A stretch of 64,000 nucleotides of DNA. It comes from an uncultured delta proteobacterium. Lineage in GTDB: Bacteria > Desulfobacterota > Syntrophia > Syntrophales > UBA8958. A model generated the notes under the pieces. It did no database searches. It saw nothing but the letters and a program-made list of their open reading frames with translations, and was not told the origin of the DNA. The first letter of the stretch is position 1, and every line of letters starts with the position of its first letter. Where the stretch lies: contig CAISJV010000052.1 in NCBI GenBank assembly GCA_903885795.1, positions 4,592 through 68,591 of the forward strand. The letters run 5' to 3'. Of the stretch, positions 1-8,253 are shown one piece after another. The position numbers were made by a program, and so were the translations under genes.

Positions 1-281
1 ACATTCTTCCCAATGCCATGACCTCCATCCTTGTGGCAGCGACACTGGGAGTGGCAGGAGCGATTCTCACGGAATCGGCGCTGAGCTTTTTGGGAATTGG
101 CGTCCAACCGCCGACGCCGAGCTGGGGCAATATCCTGACGGCAGGGAAGGATAACATCGACATCGCCTGGTGGCTGTCCCTTTATCCCGGCCTGGCCATC
201 CTGATCACCGTGCTGGGCTATAACCTTCTGGGAGAAGGCATTCGGGATGCCCTTGATCCACGGCTCCGCGGGGGCAGATAA
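1..281 (+). CDS. ABC di/oligopeptide-type transporter permease, C-terminal fragment (gene starts upstream of window)
   Basis: The frame is open from the window edge. ...ILPNAMTSILVAATLG...LGIGVQPPTPSWGNIL...YPGLAILITVLGYNLLGEGIRDALDPRL matches the conserved C-terminus of DppC/OppC-family permeases. Confidence 0.85.
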   Translation, partial: ILPNAMTSILVAATLGVAGAILTESALSFLGIGVQPPTPSWGNILTAGKDNIDIAWWLSLYPGLAILITVLGYNLLGEGIRDALDPRLRGGR

Positions 282-370
282 CCAAGTCGCCTTCAAGTGG
301 ATAACGAGGCGGCAAGGAGGAGACGACGAAGCCAACAAATTTAGCCGCATGCAGGCGACTTTGTACACCA

Positions 371-410
371 ATAAAAAAGGCCCCTGATACCAGGAGCCTC
401 TTTTATTTTG
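371..410. terminator. Possible bidirectional intrinsic terminator between convergent genes
   Basis: Imperfect hairpin GGCCCCTG-atac-CAGGAGCC (one mismatch). An A-run precedes it and TCTTTTATTTT follows it. Confidence 0.5.
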
Positions 411-430
411 AGCTAAAGATGGGAAGGTTT

Positions 431-667
431 TTACTTCTTGTCAGGAGCCGGAGCCTTATCGTCGGCCTTCACGTCAGCCTTAGGTGCCTTCTTAGCCTTC
501 TTAGCCTTCTTAGCCTTCTTTTCCTTTGCAGGGGCCTTCACGTCAGCCTTGTCCGCCTTTACGGCAGGCTCAGCAGCTGGCTTTGCGGCCGGAGCCTGGG
601 CGAATGCCAAACCGGACACGGAAAGTGCGAAAAGGATCGAAACGATGATCGAGAGCAGTTTCTTCAT
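431..667 (-). CDS. Small secreted Lys/Ala/Pro-rich low-complexity protein (78 aa)
   Basis: ATG at 667 with GGAGG about 11 nt upstream. Signal peptide MKKLLSIIVSILFALSVSGLAFA-QA. The mature part is AKPAAEPAVKADKADVKAPAKEKKAKKAKKAKKAPKADVKADDKAPAPDKK. Confidence 0.7.
   Translation of the reverse strand: MKKLLSIIVSILFALSVSGLAFAQAPAAKPAAEPAVKADKADVKAPAKEKKAKKAKKAKKAPKADVKADDKAPAPDKK
486..520. repeat. 9-bp in-frame tandem repeat (gccttctta, ~3.9 copies) encoding (KKA)n
   Basis: Direct reading gives gccttcttagccttcttagccttcttagccttctt, inside the small secreted protein gene. Confidence 0.9.
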
Positions 668-805
668 TTGTGGTGTCACCTCCTTTCATTTTTTCTCTAT
701 GCAGTAACAAGAAGCATGCCAGAAACGATTTTATTATAAACGCTAATAATACCGAATTGTTGCAAGGAAAGGGTCATAAAGATTTTTTCTACACCCCCTA
801 ATGCT

Positions 806-842
806 GGGGAAATATTCCCCTTTTTATGAGGAAATATTCCCG
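806..842. promoter_or_regulatory. Two copies of palindromic GGAAATATTCC motif (candidate transcription-factor site)
   Basis: ggggaaatattcccc (806-820) and aggaaatattccc (830-842). They lie 140-175 nt upstream of the minus-strand small secreted protein gene. A third copy is at 1664-1676. Confidence 0.35.
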
Positions 843-864
843 TCGATGGGGCCTTCAAGGATAT

Positions 865-1545
865 TTATGGCGGCGGGGAATGCTTGTCTTTCAGGAAATT
901 GTGCAACTTGTCACGAAAAAAATAGGCAATAATGACGGAACCAATGCTGATGGCCGCAAGAACCCAGAGCGCGCCGTGCTGATTGTATCGTAAACAGTTG
1001 CCGCTGACGGAAAGCATGGCTGTTCCCAGGAGGCGGCCGACGGTGGAAACGACAAGAAACAACCGCGTCCGCATGTGGCTCAATCCCATGATATAACAGA
1101 GGGCGTCCTTGGGAAATCCGGGAATTAGAAACAGGATAAAGGTGACAAGCGTTCCTTTATGTTCCATGAAGTAGTCGTATTTCTGAAGGATCGCCGGACT
1201 GACGGCCTTTTCCACGAAAGACAGTCCCAGCCAGCGCGCCAAGGCAAAAGCGAGCCAGGAACCGATGGTCAGCCCTATGGTAGAATACAGCGTCCCCAGG
1301 ACAGACCCGTAGAGGTACCCGCCGATGAATCCTGTCGCCTCTCCGGGAACGGGGGCGAAGAGAACCTGGAGGATCTGGAGGCCGATAAAGACGACTACCG
1401 ACAGGGCCCCGAAGGAATTGACAAATTCAATAGCCTTTTTCCGGTCCGTGAAGAATTGAATAAGATCGTAATGGATAAAGAGCCAGGTCCCGCCACCGAA
1501 GAAAATGGCCAGACAGATAATTTTTAATATGGTGCTTCTTTTCAT
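865..1545 (-). CDS. TVP38/TMEM64 (DedA/SNARE-associated) family membrane protein
   Basis: Multi-pass hydrophobic protein with a ...LFAPVPGEATGFIGGYLYG... and ...IPGFPKDALCYIMGLSHM... signature. The ATG at 1545 has AGGAAAG upstream. The longer ORF start at 1593 is possible. Confidence 0.8.
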   Translation of the reverse strand: MKRSTILKIICLAIFFGGGTWLFIHYDLIQFFTDRKKAIEFVNSFGALSVVVFIGLQILQVLFAPVPGEATGFIGGYLYGSVLGTLYSTIGLTIGSWLAFALARWLGLSFVEKAVSPAILQKYDYFMEHKGTLVTFILFLIPGFPKDALCYIMGLSHMRTRLFLVVSTVGRLLGTAMLSVSGNCLRYNQHGALWVLAAISIGSVIIAYFFRDKLHNFLKDKHSPPP

Positions 1546-1663
1546 GGATCGAGCTTTCCTTTGCATCGCCTGCTGCTCCTCTGGAAGAATCAATAATCCT
1601 CAGCGGCGGGGGGATCATACGTAAGAAAGACTATGACCGTCAAGGACAAAGTATGGACAGACT

Positions 1664-1676
1664 GGGAAATATTTCC
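1664..1676. promoter_or_regulatory. Third copy of GGAAATAT(T)TCC palindrome, upstream of the DedA-family gene
   Basis: gggaaatatttcc has a perfect palindromic core GGAAAT/ATTTCC. It lies ~120 nt upstream of the 1545 start. Confidence 0.35.
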
Positions 1677-1717
1677 GCCTCTGGAGGACATCTAACAGGC
1701 AATAGCGGGACTATTTT

Positions 1718-2407
1718 TTAATAACTAAATAAATCAGGGTAGTTGGTAAATACACCATCAACTCCCATATCCTGCATCCGTTTCAGATCTTCCCCGGTAT
1801 TCACGGTATAGACAAAGAATTTCAGCCCCCGGCGATGGGCGTTGGCGACAAACCTCCTGTTGACAATATTTATCCCGGCGTGAACGGCGTAAGCCCCTAT
1901 TTTCTCGGCAAACCGGACGTTGCGCCAAGGGACGCCGGAGACAAGGGCGCCGATCCTGATTTCGGGATTGATGGCCTTGAAATGGAGCAATTCCTTGTGG
2001 TTAAAAGAGGAAACAATAAACTGTTCCGCCGCCATCCGACGCTCTGTGACCGCGGCGGCGATAAGGGCGGAGACCGAAGCTGCGGTTTCCGGCCCTTTCA
2101 ATTCGATATTGATCCCGGCACGATCACGGATCAAATCAAAAACTTCCCTAAGCAATGGTATCTTTTGCCCCTTTCCGGCGTCAAGGCTGCGGAGATAAGA
2201 AAGGTCTTTGTCCATAACGAATCCCGTGCCGTTGGTGGTCCTCTCTAGGCGGTCATCGTGGATGACCACCAGTTCTCCCTCCACGGCATAGACATCCAAT
2301 TCGATCCATCGCGCCCCCATCGTCAGGGCCAGCTCAAAGGCCGAGAGGGTGTTCTCCGGTTCATAACCGCTCGCCCCGCGGTGGGCAAAAATCAGAAATC
2401 CTTTCAT
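1718..2407 (-). CDS. Glycerophosphodiester phosphodiesterase
   Basis: MKGFLIFAHRGASGYEPENTLSAFELAL...WIELDVY...LVVIHDDRLERTTNG is the GDPD (GlpQ/UgpQ) signature. I prefer the ATG at 2407 over the TTG at 2443. Confidence 0.9.
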   Translation of the reverse strand: MKGFLIFAHRGASGYEPENTLSAFELALTMGARWIELDVYAVEGELVVIHDDRLERTTNGTGFVMDKDLSYLRSLDAGKGQKIPLLREVFDLIRDRAGINIELKGPETAASVSALIAAAVTERRMAAEQFIVSSFNHKELLHFKAINPEIRIGALVSGVPWRNVRFAEKIGAYAVHAGINIVNRRFVANAHRRGLKFFVYTVNTGEDLKRMQDMGVDGVFTNYPDLFSY

Positions 2408-2477
2408 ATTATAAAATCGCCTGACGCTCCTAACAAATGACAATTTTCAGTGGAAAGAGGCTTCCATCTACATCATG

Positions 2478-3017
2478 CTATAACGATTTCCTCCACACCA
2501 GGGAGAGGCTGCCGGGAAAAAAGAAATCATCAATAGTTCCGATATGATTTCCCGCCATAGCGGTGTAGAATTGCCAAGCTGTTTCCCGGTAGCGGGGATT
2601 GCTAGACCAGATTATTTCCTTGCAACCGGCTGTTCTTGCCTTATGAAAGACTTCGGTAATCAGCACCTTGCCCAATCCCTGCCCACGGTAATCGGGAGAA
2701 ATGAAGGCCGTCAGAAGTCCTACCGCCTTGGCGTCCGCGGCGGATCGGTACGGGGAAAAATGGGCGTCGAGACTGCCGAATCCCATCACGCCTGCCGGAG
2801 GCCCCCCTGCACGTTCTCGGGCCACAATATAGACATCATCATGGGCATCCCCCCCTATGCTTGTCCGCATCCGCTCTTTGGTGCCCCGTACCTCTTCTTC
2901 CCTGACCTGACCCTGTTCGGACATCCACCACCTCAGGGTAGGATCAAGCAATTCAATGTCCTCCTCTTTCAAGTCATCGACAGAAAATAACTTCTCCTCT
3001 TTTCGAAAATAAGTCAT
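2478..3017 (-). CDS. GNAT family N-acetyltransferase
   Basis: Acetyl-CoA motif ...ISPDYRGQGLGKVLITEVFHKARTAGCKEI... The ATG at 3017 is preceded by GAGGAGAG. The ORF-track start at 3029 is TTG. Confidence 0.8.
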   Translation of the reverse strand: MTYFRKEEKLFSVDDLKEEDIELLDPTLRWWMSEQGQVREEEVRGTKERMRTSIGGDAHDDVYIVARERAGGPPAGVMGFGSLDAHFSPYRSAADAKAVGLLTAFISPDYRGQGLGKVLITEVFHKARTAGCKEIIWSSNPRYRETAWQFYTAMAGNHIGTIDDFFFPGSLSLVWRKSL

Positions 3018-3135
3018 AACTCTCCTCAACCCTGCTTATCGATTATGGAGGACATTCTACCAGAGGAAGTCGGATATTTCCACCCATATGTATTTGGGCA
3101 GAGGCTTTGCTATATGGCTATGTGATGCGTAAGTA

Positions 3136-3324
3136 TTAAGAGCTTGTCCGTAAATAATCCTTACCGGCTCGCATCCCATCTTCACGTCATCTTTCCCCGT
3201 GTCTCAATCGTAAAATCCTCGACGTAGCGCTGCTACGCCTACGGTTTTACTCAATCGACCCAGATAAATCTGACATAAAGCTGGGCGCGATCCCAGGCAA
3301 AGTTATTTACGGACAAGCTCTTAA
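3136..3324. repeat. 189-bp palindromic hairpin element A (perfect 22-bp terminal inverted repeats)
   Basis: ttaagagcttgtccgtaaataa at 3136-3157 is the exact reverse complement of 3303-3324. The interior has nested stems (gtaaaa/ttttac; cgtagc-gct-gctacg). The core TCCTCGACGTA...TACGCCT is shared with elements B and D. Confidence 0.85.
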
Positions 3325-3330
3325 ATTTGG

Positions 3331-4041
3331 TCAGGCGAAGAGGAGGAGAATCCGGGCGAGTTCCTCCGGGGCCGTCTGCATGGGGTGGTGGCCGGTTTTT
3401 ATTTCATAAAATGGCCAACCGGCAGCGCGAACCCGGTCGGCGGTTTGAATGATTCCCTGGTGCTGGGGGCCGGCGTCCCCCTTGGCGGTGCAATAAATAT
3501 AGGCCCTGGGTATGCTCCGGGCGCGGGGATTGGCGAGGGTCAGCGGTTCAAACATGGTCCTGGCAGGATGATCGGCGAAACGGGGATCTCCCTTGGGTTC
3601 CGGGGGTGGATAGCGCCAGCCGTCACCCTCGGCTTTGACGTATTGAGAAAGTAATTCTGCAATATCGTGTGGATAAAGATTTATGACGGCCTGGCCGTCC
3701 TCCGGAATCAGGGCGTCCAGATAGACGAGCTGTCTGATCCGCTCGGGGATTTTCTCCGCCACCCCGGTGACAACGGCGCCGCCGTAACTGTGGCCAACCA
3801 GAATGACGTCCCGCAGGTCTTCGTAGGTAAAAACACCAATAATATCAGCAATATGAGTACTAATACCTATGCCGGGACCAAGGAGATGGGCCCGCTCTCC
3901 CAGCCCGGTCAGGGTTGGCGTATAGACTATATGCCCGGCCTGACGCAGCATGGCAGGGATGGGCGTCCAAATCCAGCCTCCTGCCGTCGCGCCGTGGACA
4001 AGCACGTAAGTTGATGTTTTATCAATTTTTTGCATTGGCAT
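3331..4041 (-). CDS. Alpha/beta-fold hydrolase (esterase-like)
   Basis: MPMQKIDKTSTYVLVHGATAGGWIW... with nucleophile elbow LVGHSYGG. The start ATG at 4041 overlaps the upstream stop (TAATG). The 135-aa upstream extension in the ORF track is Gly/Arg-rich and overlaps the MBL gene. Confidence 0.85.
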   Translation of the reverse strand: MPMQKIDKTSTYVLVHGATAGGWIWTPIPAMLRQAGHIVYTPTLTGLGERAHLLGPGIGISTHIADIIGVFTYEDLRDVILVGHSYGGAVVTGVAEKIPERIRQLVYLDALIPEDGQAVINLYPHDIAELLSQYVKAEGDGWRYPPPEPKGDPRFADHPARTMFEPLTLANPRARSIPRAYIYCTAKGDAGPQHQGIIQTADRVRAAGWPFYEIKTGHHPMQTAPEELARILLLFA

Positions 4042-4901
4042 TAGTCTGCGAATTTCCCTTCCGGCCCCATGCCGCGAAAAGGGTCTGGGGTGACCGTATC
4101 TGTCATCTTCAGAACCGAACGGATCAGGTTTTCCGTCGTGTACTGGCCATTTGTCATCTGGGCGAAGAGGTGCTCGCCCCCGAAGATGTTCTGGACGATT
4201 TCCTCCACGCTGCGCCCCTGTTGATGGAACCCCTGCGCCTTTACCGCCAGCTCCTGCAAGTAGCGGATGTTGGCCTCCAGGGCCTCCCGCCCGTCTTCCA
4301 CGATCCTTCCGATGGAGGTAAACAAAGTAAACTGGGAGGGCATTGCCACCAGAATCTGTGCCAATGAGCTGATTGTTTCCCCCATGTCTTCTTCCGGTCT
4401 GATGAACTTGGGATTTTCCCTGGCAAAGATATCCCCGGAGAAACACCAGCCCCGCTCCCTTTCCAGCAAAACAATGTGCCCTGCCGAGTGACCCGGTGTC
4501 GCCAGGACGTCGAAGGCGTGATGGTCGGTCCGGATGAATGGCGGAATCGGTTTTGCTGTCGAAGGCGCCGGATACCCCCAGACCATTTCCTGATAGGGAT
4601 AGAGGAATGGCTTCTGCCCAATAATAGAAATGGACTCGGGCGGCGCATAGATAGAAACCTGAAACTGCTTCTGGATCAGGGCATTGCCACCGACATGATC
4701 CTCATGAAAATGGGTGTTGACCACCAGATCAAATTTTTTGCCCTTCAGGAAGGAGACCAGCTCTGCGGCTGTATAGTCGCAGCCTGTATCGATAAGGAGT
4801 CCATCGACGAGATATGCGGCTACCCAGTAGAGGGGCTTGCCATCCGACTCGCGGCTTAGCTTGATCTGGGTGATGCCTTCATATTCGATAATCTCAATCA
4901 T
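4041..4901 (-). CDS. MBL-fold metallo-hydrolase
   Basis: HFHEDHVGGN (HxHxDH) metallo-beta-lactamase motif and later ATPGHSAGH. Confidence 0.85.
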   Translation of the reverse strand: MIEIIEYEGITQIKLSRESDGKPLYWVAAYLVDGLLIDTGCDYTAAELVSFLKGKKFDLVVNTHFHEDHVGGNALIQKQFQVSIYAPPESISIIGQKPFLYPYQEMVWGYPAPSTAKPIPPFIRTDHHAFDVLATPGHSAGHIVLLERERGWCFSGDIFARENPKFIRPEEDMGETISSLAQILVAMPSQFTLFTSIGRIVEDGREALEANIRYLQELAVKAQGFHQQGRSVEEIVQNIFGGEHLFAQMTNGQYTTENLIRSVLKMTDTVTPDPFRGMGPEGKFAD

Positions 4902-4938
4902 ATAAACTTATTTCGTTATGCATTTACTTCCTTAACGT

Positions 4939-4973
4939 CCATCCCCACCCTCCCCTTGAATGAGAGGGAAAGG
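4939..4973. repeat. CCATCCCC REP-like hairpin (copy E1)
   Basis: ccatccccaccctccccttgaatgagagggaaagg. It is homologous to copies at 8394, 9947 and 24819. Confidence 0.75.
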
Positions 4974-5122
4974 CAACCTTTTCAAGTGCGCCTCATTTAT
5001 GCCACATTTAAGGAGGACTGATCGCCCAGTTATACCGGGCGCTGAACTGCCGGAAGGCTAACCTTTCGTCGCTCTACTGTCAAGGAAGAACCGGCGCCTC
5101 CCACAGAAAGCGGGAAAAGAAG

Positions 5123-5167
5123 TTGACAGGAACGAGACTTTTCATTAGGAGACAGCGTTCCTGTCAA
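5123..5167. promoter_or_regulatory. Perfect 12-bp inverted repeat TTGACAGGAACG-N21-CGTTCCTGTCAA (candidate operator or leader hairpin)
   Basis: Read directly from the sequence. It ends 35 nt upstream of the ATG at 5202. Confidence 0.45.
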
Positions 5168-5201
5168 AACAAATTCAAGGAGATTGCTAAGGAGATTATT
5201 T

Positions 5202-6197
5202 ATGTTCAAAACAGCCATTACTGAAATGTTTGGCATTAAATATCCCATCATCTGCGGGGCCATGATGTGGCTATGCAAGCCCCGGTTCTGCGCCGCCGTC
5301 TCCAATGCCGGCGGGATGGGCAACCTGACGGCGGGAAATTATGAAACGGAAGCTGACTTCCGCACGGCCATCGGGGAAACGCGGAAACTTACGAATAAAC
5401 CATTCATGGTAAATATTACCCTCCTGCCCTCGGTCCGGATTACCCCGGAGCATCACAAGATGTACATCCGGGTCTGTACCGAGGAAAAGGTTGCGGGGAT
5501 CGAGTTTTCCGGCACTCCCGTAGACAAGGTGGCCGGCATGGCGGCAATTGAAGCCCTCAAGGGGGCGGGAGTCAAGCTCTTTCATAAGGTTGGGTCCGTC
5601 CGTCATGCCCTCCATGCCGAAAAGGTCGGTTACGACGGCATTTACGCGGCCGGCATCGAAGAGGGCGGTCATCCCCTCGACGACGATGTCACCACCATGG
5701 TCCTGACGCCCCGGATTGCAGAATCAGTAAAAATACCCGTAGTCACCGTGGGTGGCATTGCCGATGGCCGTACCCTGGCGGCGGCGCTGGTGTTAGGGGC
5801 CCAAGGGGTCATGATGGCCAGCCGGTTTGTGGCCACCCGGGAGTGCGAGGTACATGAAAACATCAAGCAGGAGCTGATCCGGCGGCAGGAGTACGAGACG
5901 GTCATCTACGGGAAATCCCTGGGTCTGCAAGGTCGGGGCCTGAAAACGAAAGTACTGGAAGAGGTTTGCGCCATCGAGAAGCGGGGCGGCGGTTTTGAAG
6001 AACTCATTCCCCTTCTTTCCGGCCAGAAGGTCAAGCAGGCATGGGAAACGGGGGACGTGGATTACGCTCCCCTCATGGTCGGACAGTCCATCGGGTTAAT
6101 CAGGGATATCCCCACCTGCGGGGAACTCCTTGACAGGATGGCGGCAGAGGCGGTAGTGCATATCGAGAAGGCAAAGAAAATGATCCGGGAGGGTTAA
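5202..6197 (+). CDS. NAD(P)H-dependent flavin oxidoreductase (nitronate monooxygenase / FabK-like enoyl reductase family)
   Basis: FGIKYPIICGAMMW...NAGGMG... and ...IPVVTVGGIADGRTLAAALVLGAQGVMMASRF are typical of the NMO/FabK TIM-barrel family. AAGGAG lies 7 nt before the ATG at 5202. Confidence 0.85.
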   Translation: MFKTAITEMFGIKYPIICGAMMWLCKPRFCAAVSNAGGMGNLTAGNYETEADFRTAIGETRKLTNKPFMVNITLLPSVRITPEHHKMYIRVCTEEKVAGIEFSGTPVDKVAGMAAIEALKGAGVKLFHKVGSVRHALHAEKVGYDGIYAAGIEEGGHPLDDDVTTMVLTPRIAESVKIPVVTVGGIADGRTLAAALVLGAQGVMMASRFVATRECEVHENIKQELIRRQEYETVIYGKSLGLQGRGLKTKVLEEVCAIEKRGGGFEELIPLLSGQKVKQAWETGDVDYAPLMVGQSIGLIRDIPTCGELLDRMAAEAVVHIEKAKKMIREG

Positions 6198-6205
6198 AGG
6201 AAGAC

Positions 6206-6382
6206 ATGGCTAAGCAGATATACAGTGGCAGCACTGACAAGAGGATCATCGGGATGAAAATTTTCAATGGGGAGTTGGTAGAAGAAGACTTGAAGGACTA
6301 TCTGGATAGCCTCCCCGATGTCTCCGCTAATGCGGATACGGTTACCGTCGTCATGGAAAAGAAGGATAGTCCCGTTTCATAA
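6206..6382 (+). CDS. Small hypothetical protein (58 aa; below ORF-track cutoff)
   Basis: Hand translation gives MAKQIYSGSTDKRIIGMKIFNGELVEEDLKDYLDSLPDVSANADTVTVVMEKKDSPVS*. A purine-rich AAAGGAAG lies just upstream. The ORF fills the gap between the flanking same-strand genes. Confidence 0.5.
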   Translation: MAKQIYSGSTDKRIIGMKIFNGELVEEDLKDYLDSLPDVSANADTVTVVMEKKDSPVS

Positions 6383-6388
6383 GAAGAT

Positions 6389-7165
6389 ATGTTTATCGAT
6401 TCCCACGCCCACCTGGAAATGAGAGAGTTCGACCGTGATCGGGATGATGTAGTACGCAGGGCTACAGAGGGGTGTATCGACTATATCGTTACGGTGGGGA
6501 CAACTCCCAGGGAATGCCTCAAGGCGGTGGAGATTGCCCGCACCCATCCCTCCGTCTACGCTGCCGTCGGCATCCATCCTCACGACACGAAAGGCATCGA
6601 CGATCAGACCTATGTTTTACTGAAAAAACTGGCCAGAGAAGAGAAGGTAGTGGCCTACGGGGAGATTGGCCTGGATTTCTTCCGCAATCTGTCGCCACCG
6701 GAGATCCAGACCCGGCGTTTTGAAGAACAGCTTGACATTGCCACCGACCTGGGCTTGCCGGTGATTATTCATGACCGGGAGGCCCATCACCAGACCGTTG
6801 CCATCCTGAAGGGCTGGAAAGGATCGACGGGAGGCGTCATCCACTGTTTTTCCGGCGATGCGGCAATGGCAATGACCTGCCTGGGAATGGGCTTTTACGT
6901 TTCTATCGCCGGTCCCGTGACCTATGCCAAATCAGACCGGCTATGGGAGGTCGTCCGTCAGGTACCCCTGGACCGGCTTCTGATCGAAACAGATGCCCCC
7001 TATCTGACGCCCCATCCCCACCGGGGCAAGCGAAACGAACCTGCGTATGTTGCCTTCACAGCAAATAAGGTAGCGGAACTGAAGGGTTTATCCGTCCCGG
7101 AAGTGGGGCGGGCGACTGCGGATAATGCGATTAAACTGTTTGGAATTCCAAGGAAATCGGCTTAA
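6389..7165 (+). CDS. tatD: TatD family metal-dependent hydrolase/DNase
   Basis: MFIDSHAHLE..., ...GEIGLDF..., ...VIIHDREAH..., ...GVIHCFSG..., ...LLIETDAPYL are the TatD signature blocks. Confidence 0.9.
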   Translation: MFIDSHAHLEMREFDRDRDDVVRRATEGCIDYIVTVGTTPRECLKAVEIARTHPSVYAAVGIHPHDTKGIDDQTYVLLKKLAREEKVVAYGEIGLDFFRNLSPPEIQTRRFEEQLDIATDLGLPVIIHDREAHHQTVAILKGWKGSTGGVIHCFSGDAAMAMTCLGMGFYVSIAGPVTYAKSDRLWEVVRQVPLDRLLIETDAPYLTPHPHRGKRNEPAYVAFTANKVAELKGLSVPEVGRATADNAIKLFGIPRKSA

Positions 7166-7167
7166 TT

Positions 7168-8058
7168 ATGATGGGTGAACTTTTATATTTTGCCTATGGC
7201 TCCAATCTGAACGCGACAGATCTGAGCCACTGGTGTGAAGAGAGAGGTCATTTTTATCCCCTCGGAGAAAAGGTGGCAAACGCCTATCTGCCCGACACCC
7301 GTTTGATTGTCAATTATTCCTCATCTTTCCGGCGGGGCGGTATCCTGAATATCAAGTACCAGCTTGGGCAGGCGGCCCCGGGAGCGCTTTTCCGCGTCCT
7401 TCCCGGTGGATGGAATGTTCTCGATGCCAAGGGTGATACAGAGCATATGTACAAGCATCTAAACATCGTAGCCCTGACCGATGACGGCCGGGAACATGTC
7501 GCTGTCGCCTATCAGATTGACGCCTCCAAAACCTCCAAAACCTTTGTACCTCCTCATCCTGATTATCTCCGCATCGTCAGGGAGGGAATGGCGGCCCACA
7601 AGATCGATGAACGGATGCTCGCCTCAGTGACGGAGGGGAAGGAACCGGACTTCTACATTGAGCATCTCTTTGCTTACGGAACCCTGATGAGCGGCTGTCC
7701 CCGTCACTATCTATTGGCCGCCTGGGCCGATCTGGACTCGCGAGTAGAGGCCCAGGTGCATGGGTTGCTCTACAACAGCTGGAAGGGCTTCCCTTGTATG
7801 ATCCCGGATGTAACGGGTCGCCAGATCGTAAATGGCGAGCTCTATACATTGAAAGATCCGAAAAAAGCCTTTGAATTCCTTGATATTGTTGAAACAGCCA
7901 GACGTTACGCAACAACAGGGGCCTTCTTCCGCAGGGCGATCATTCAGACAAGGAGGGCCGATGGGGCGCCTTGCCTTGCCTGGACCTATTTCGTGGATAT
8001 GAGCGTCGAAGGAATGCCCCACATACCATCGGGAAACTGGCGGGCCGTGATCGCCTAA
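7168..8058 (+). CDS. Tandem gamma-glutamylcyclotransferase-fold protein (GGCT-like + AIG2/GGACT-like domains)
   Basis: The N-terminal half has the YFAYGSNL motif. The C-terminal half has the LFAYGTLMSG and ...NGELYTL...D.VE motifs. Confidence 0.7.
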   Translation: MMGELLYFAYGSNLNATDLSHWCEERGHFYPLGEKVANAYLPDTRLIVNYSSSFRRGGILNIKYQLGQAAPGALFRVLPGGWNVLDAKGDTEHMYKHLNIVALTDDGREHVAVAYQIDASKTSKTFVPPHPDYLRIVREGMAAHKIDERMLASVTEGKEPDFYIEHLFAYGTLMSGCPRHYLLAAWADLDSRVEAQVHGLLYNSWKGFPCMIPDVTGRQIVNGELYTLKDPKKAFEFLDIVETARRYATTGAFFRRAIIQTRRADGAPCLAWTYFVDMSVEGMPHIPSGNWRAVIA

Positions 8059-8154
8059 AAAATCCTTGCTTTTCCAGGGATAGATTCATTAGGATTGCGC
8101 GACACCTTTTGTGGCCGGGACCGATGCTTTATGTATCGTGGTCGTGTCCGCGAG

Positions 8155-8235
8155 TGTTTGACAGGGGCGCCGATAAGGCTGAGAAGATACCCTTTGAACC
8201 TGACCTGGGTAATGCCAGCGTAGGGAGTGGCAGAA
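8155..8235 (+). promoter_or_regulatory. TPP (THI-box) riboswitch aptamer
   Basis: ggggcgcc...ggCTGAGAagatACCCTTTGAACCTGAcCTGGgTAATgCCAGCGTAGGGAgtg carries the universally conserved CUGAGA and ACCUGA..CUGG.UAAU.CCAGCGUAGGGA blocks. It lies upstream of the thi genes. Confidence 0.9.
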
Positions 8236-8253
8236 AGATGATCAATATTTTTC

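Noticed and set aside
4042-4446. 135-aa N-terminal extension of the alpha/beta hydrolase ORF (ORF track 3331-4446)
   Set aside because: The extension overlaps the MBL-fold hydrolase gene in another frame and is Gly/Arg-rich. A TAATG stop-start junction at 4041 gives a normal-length hydrolase beginning MPMQK.
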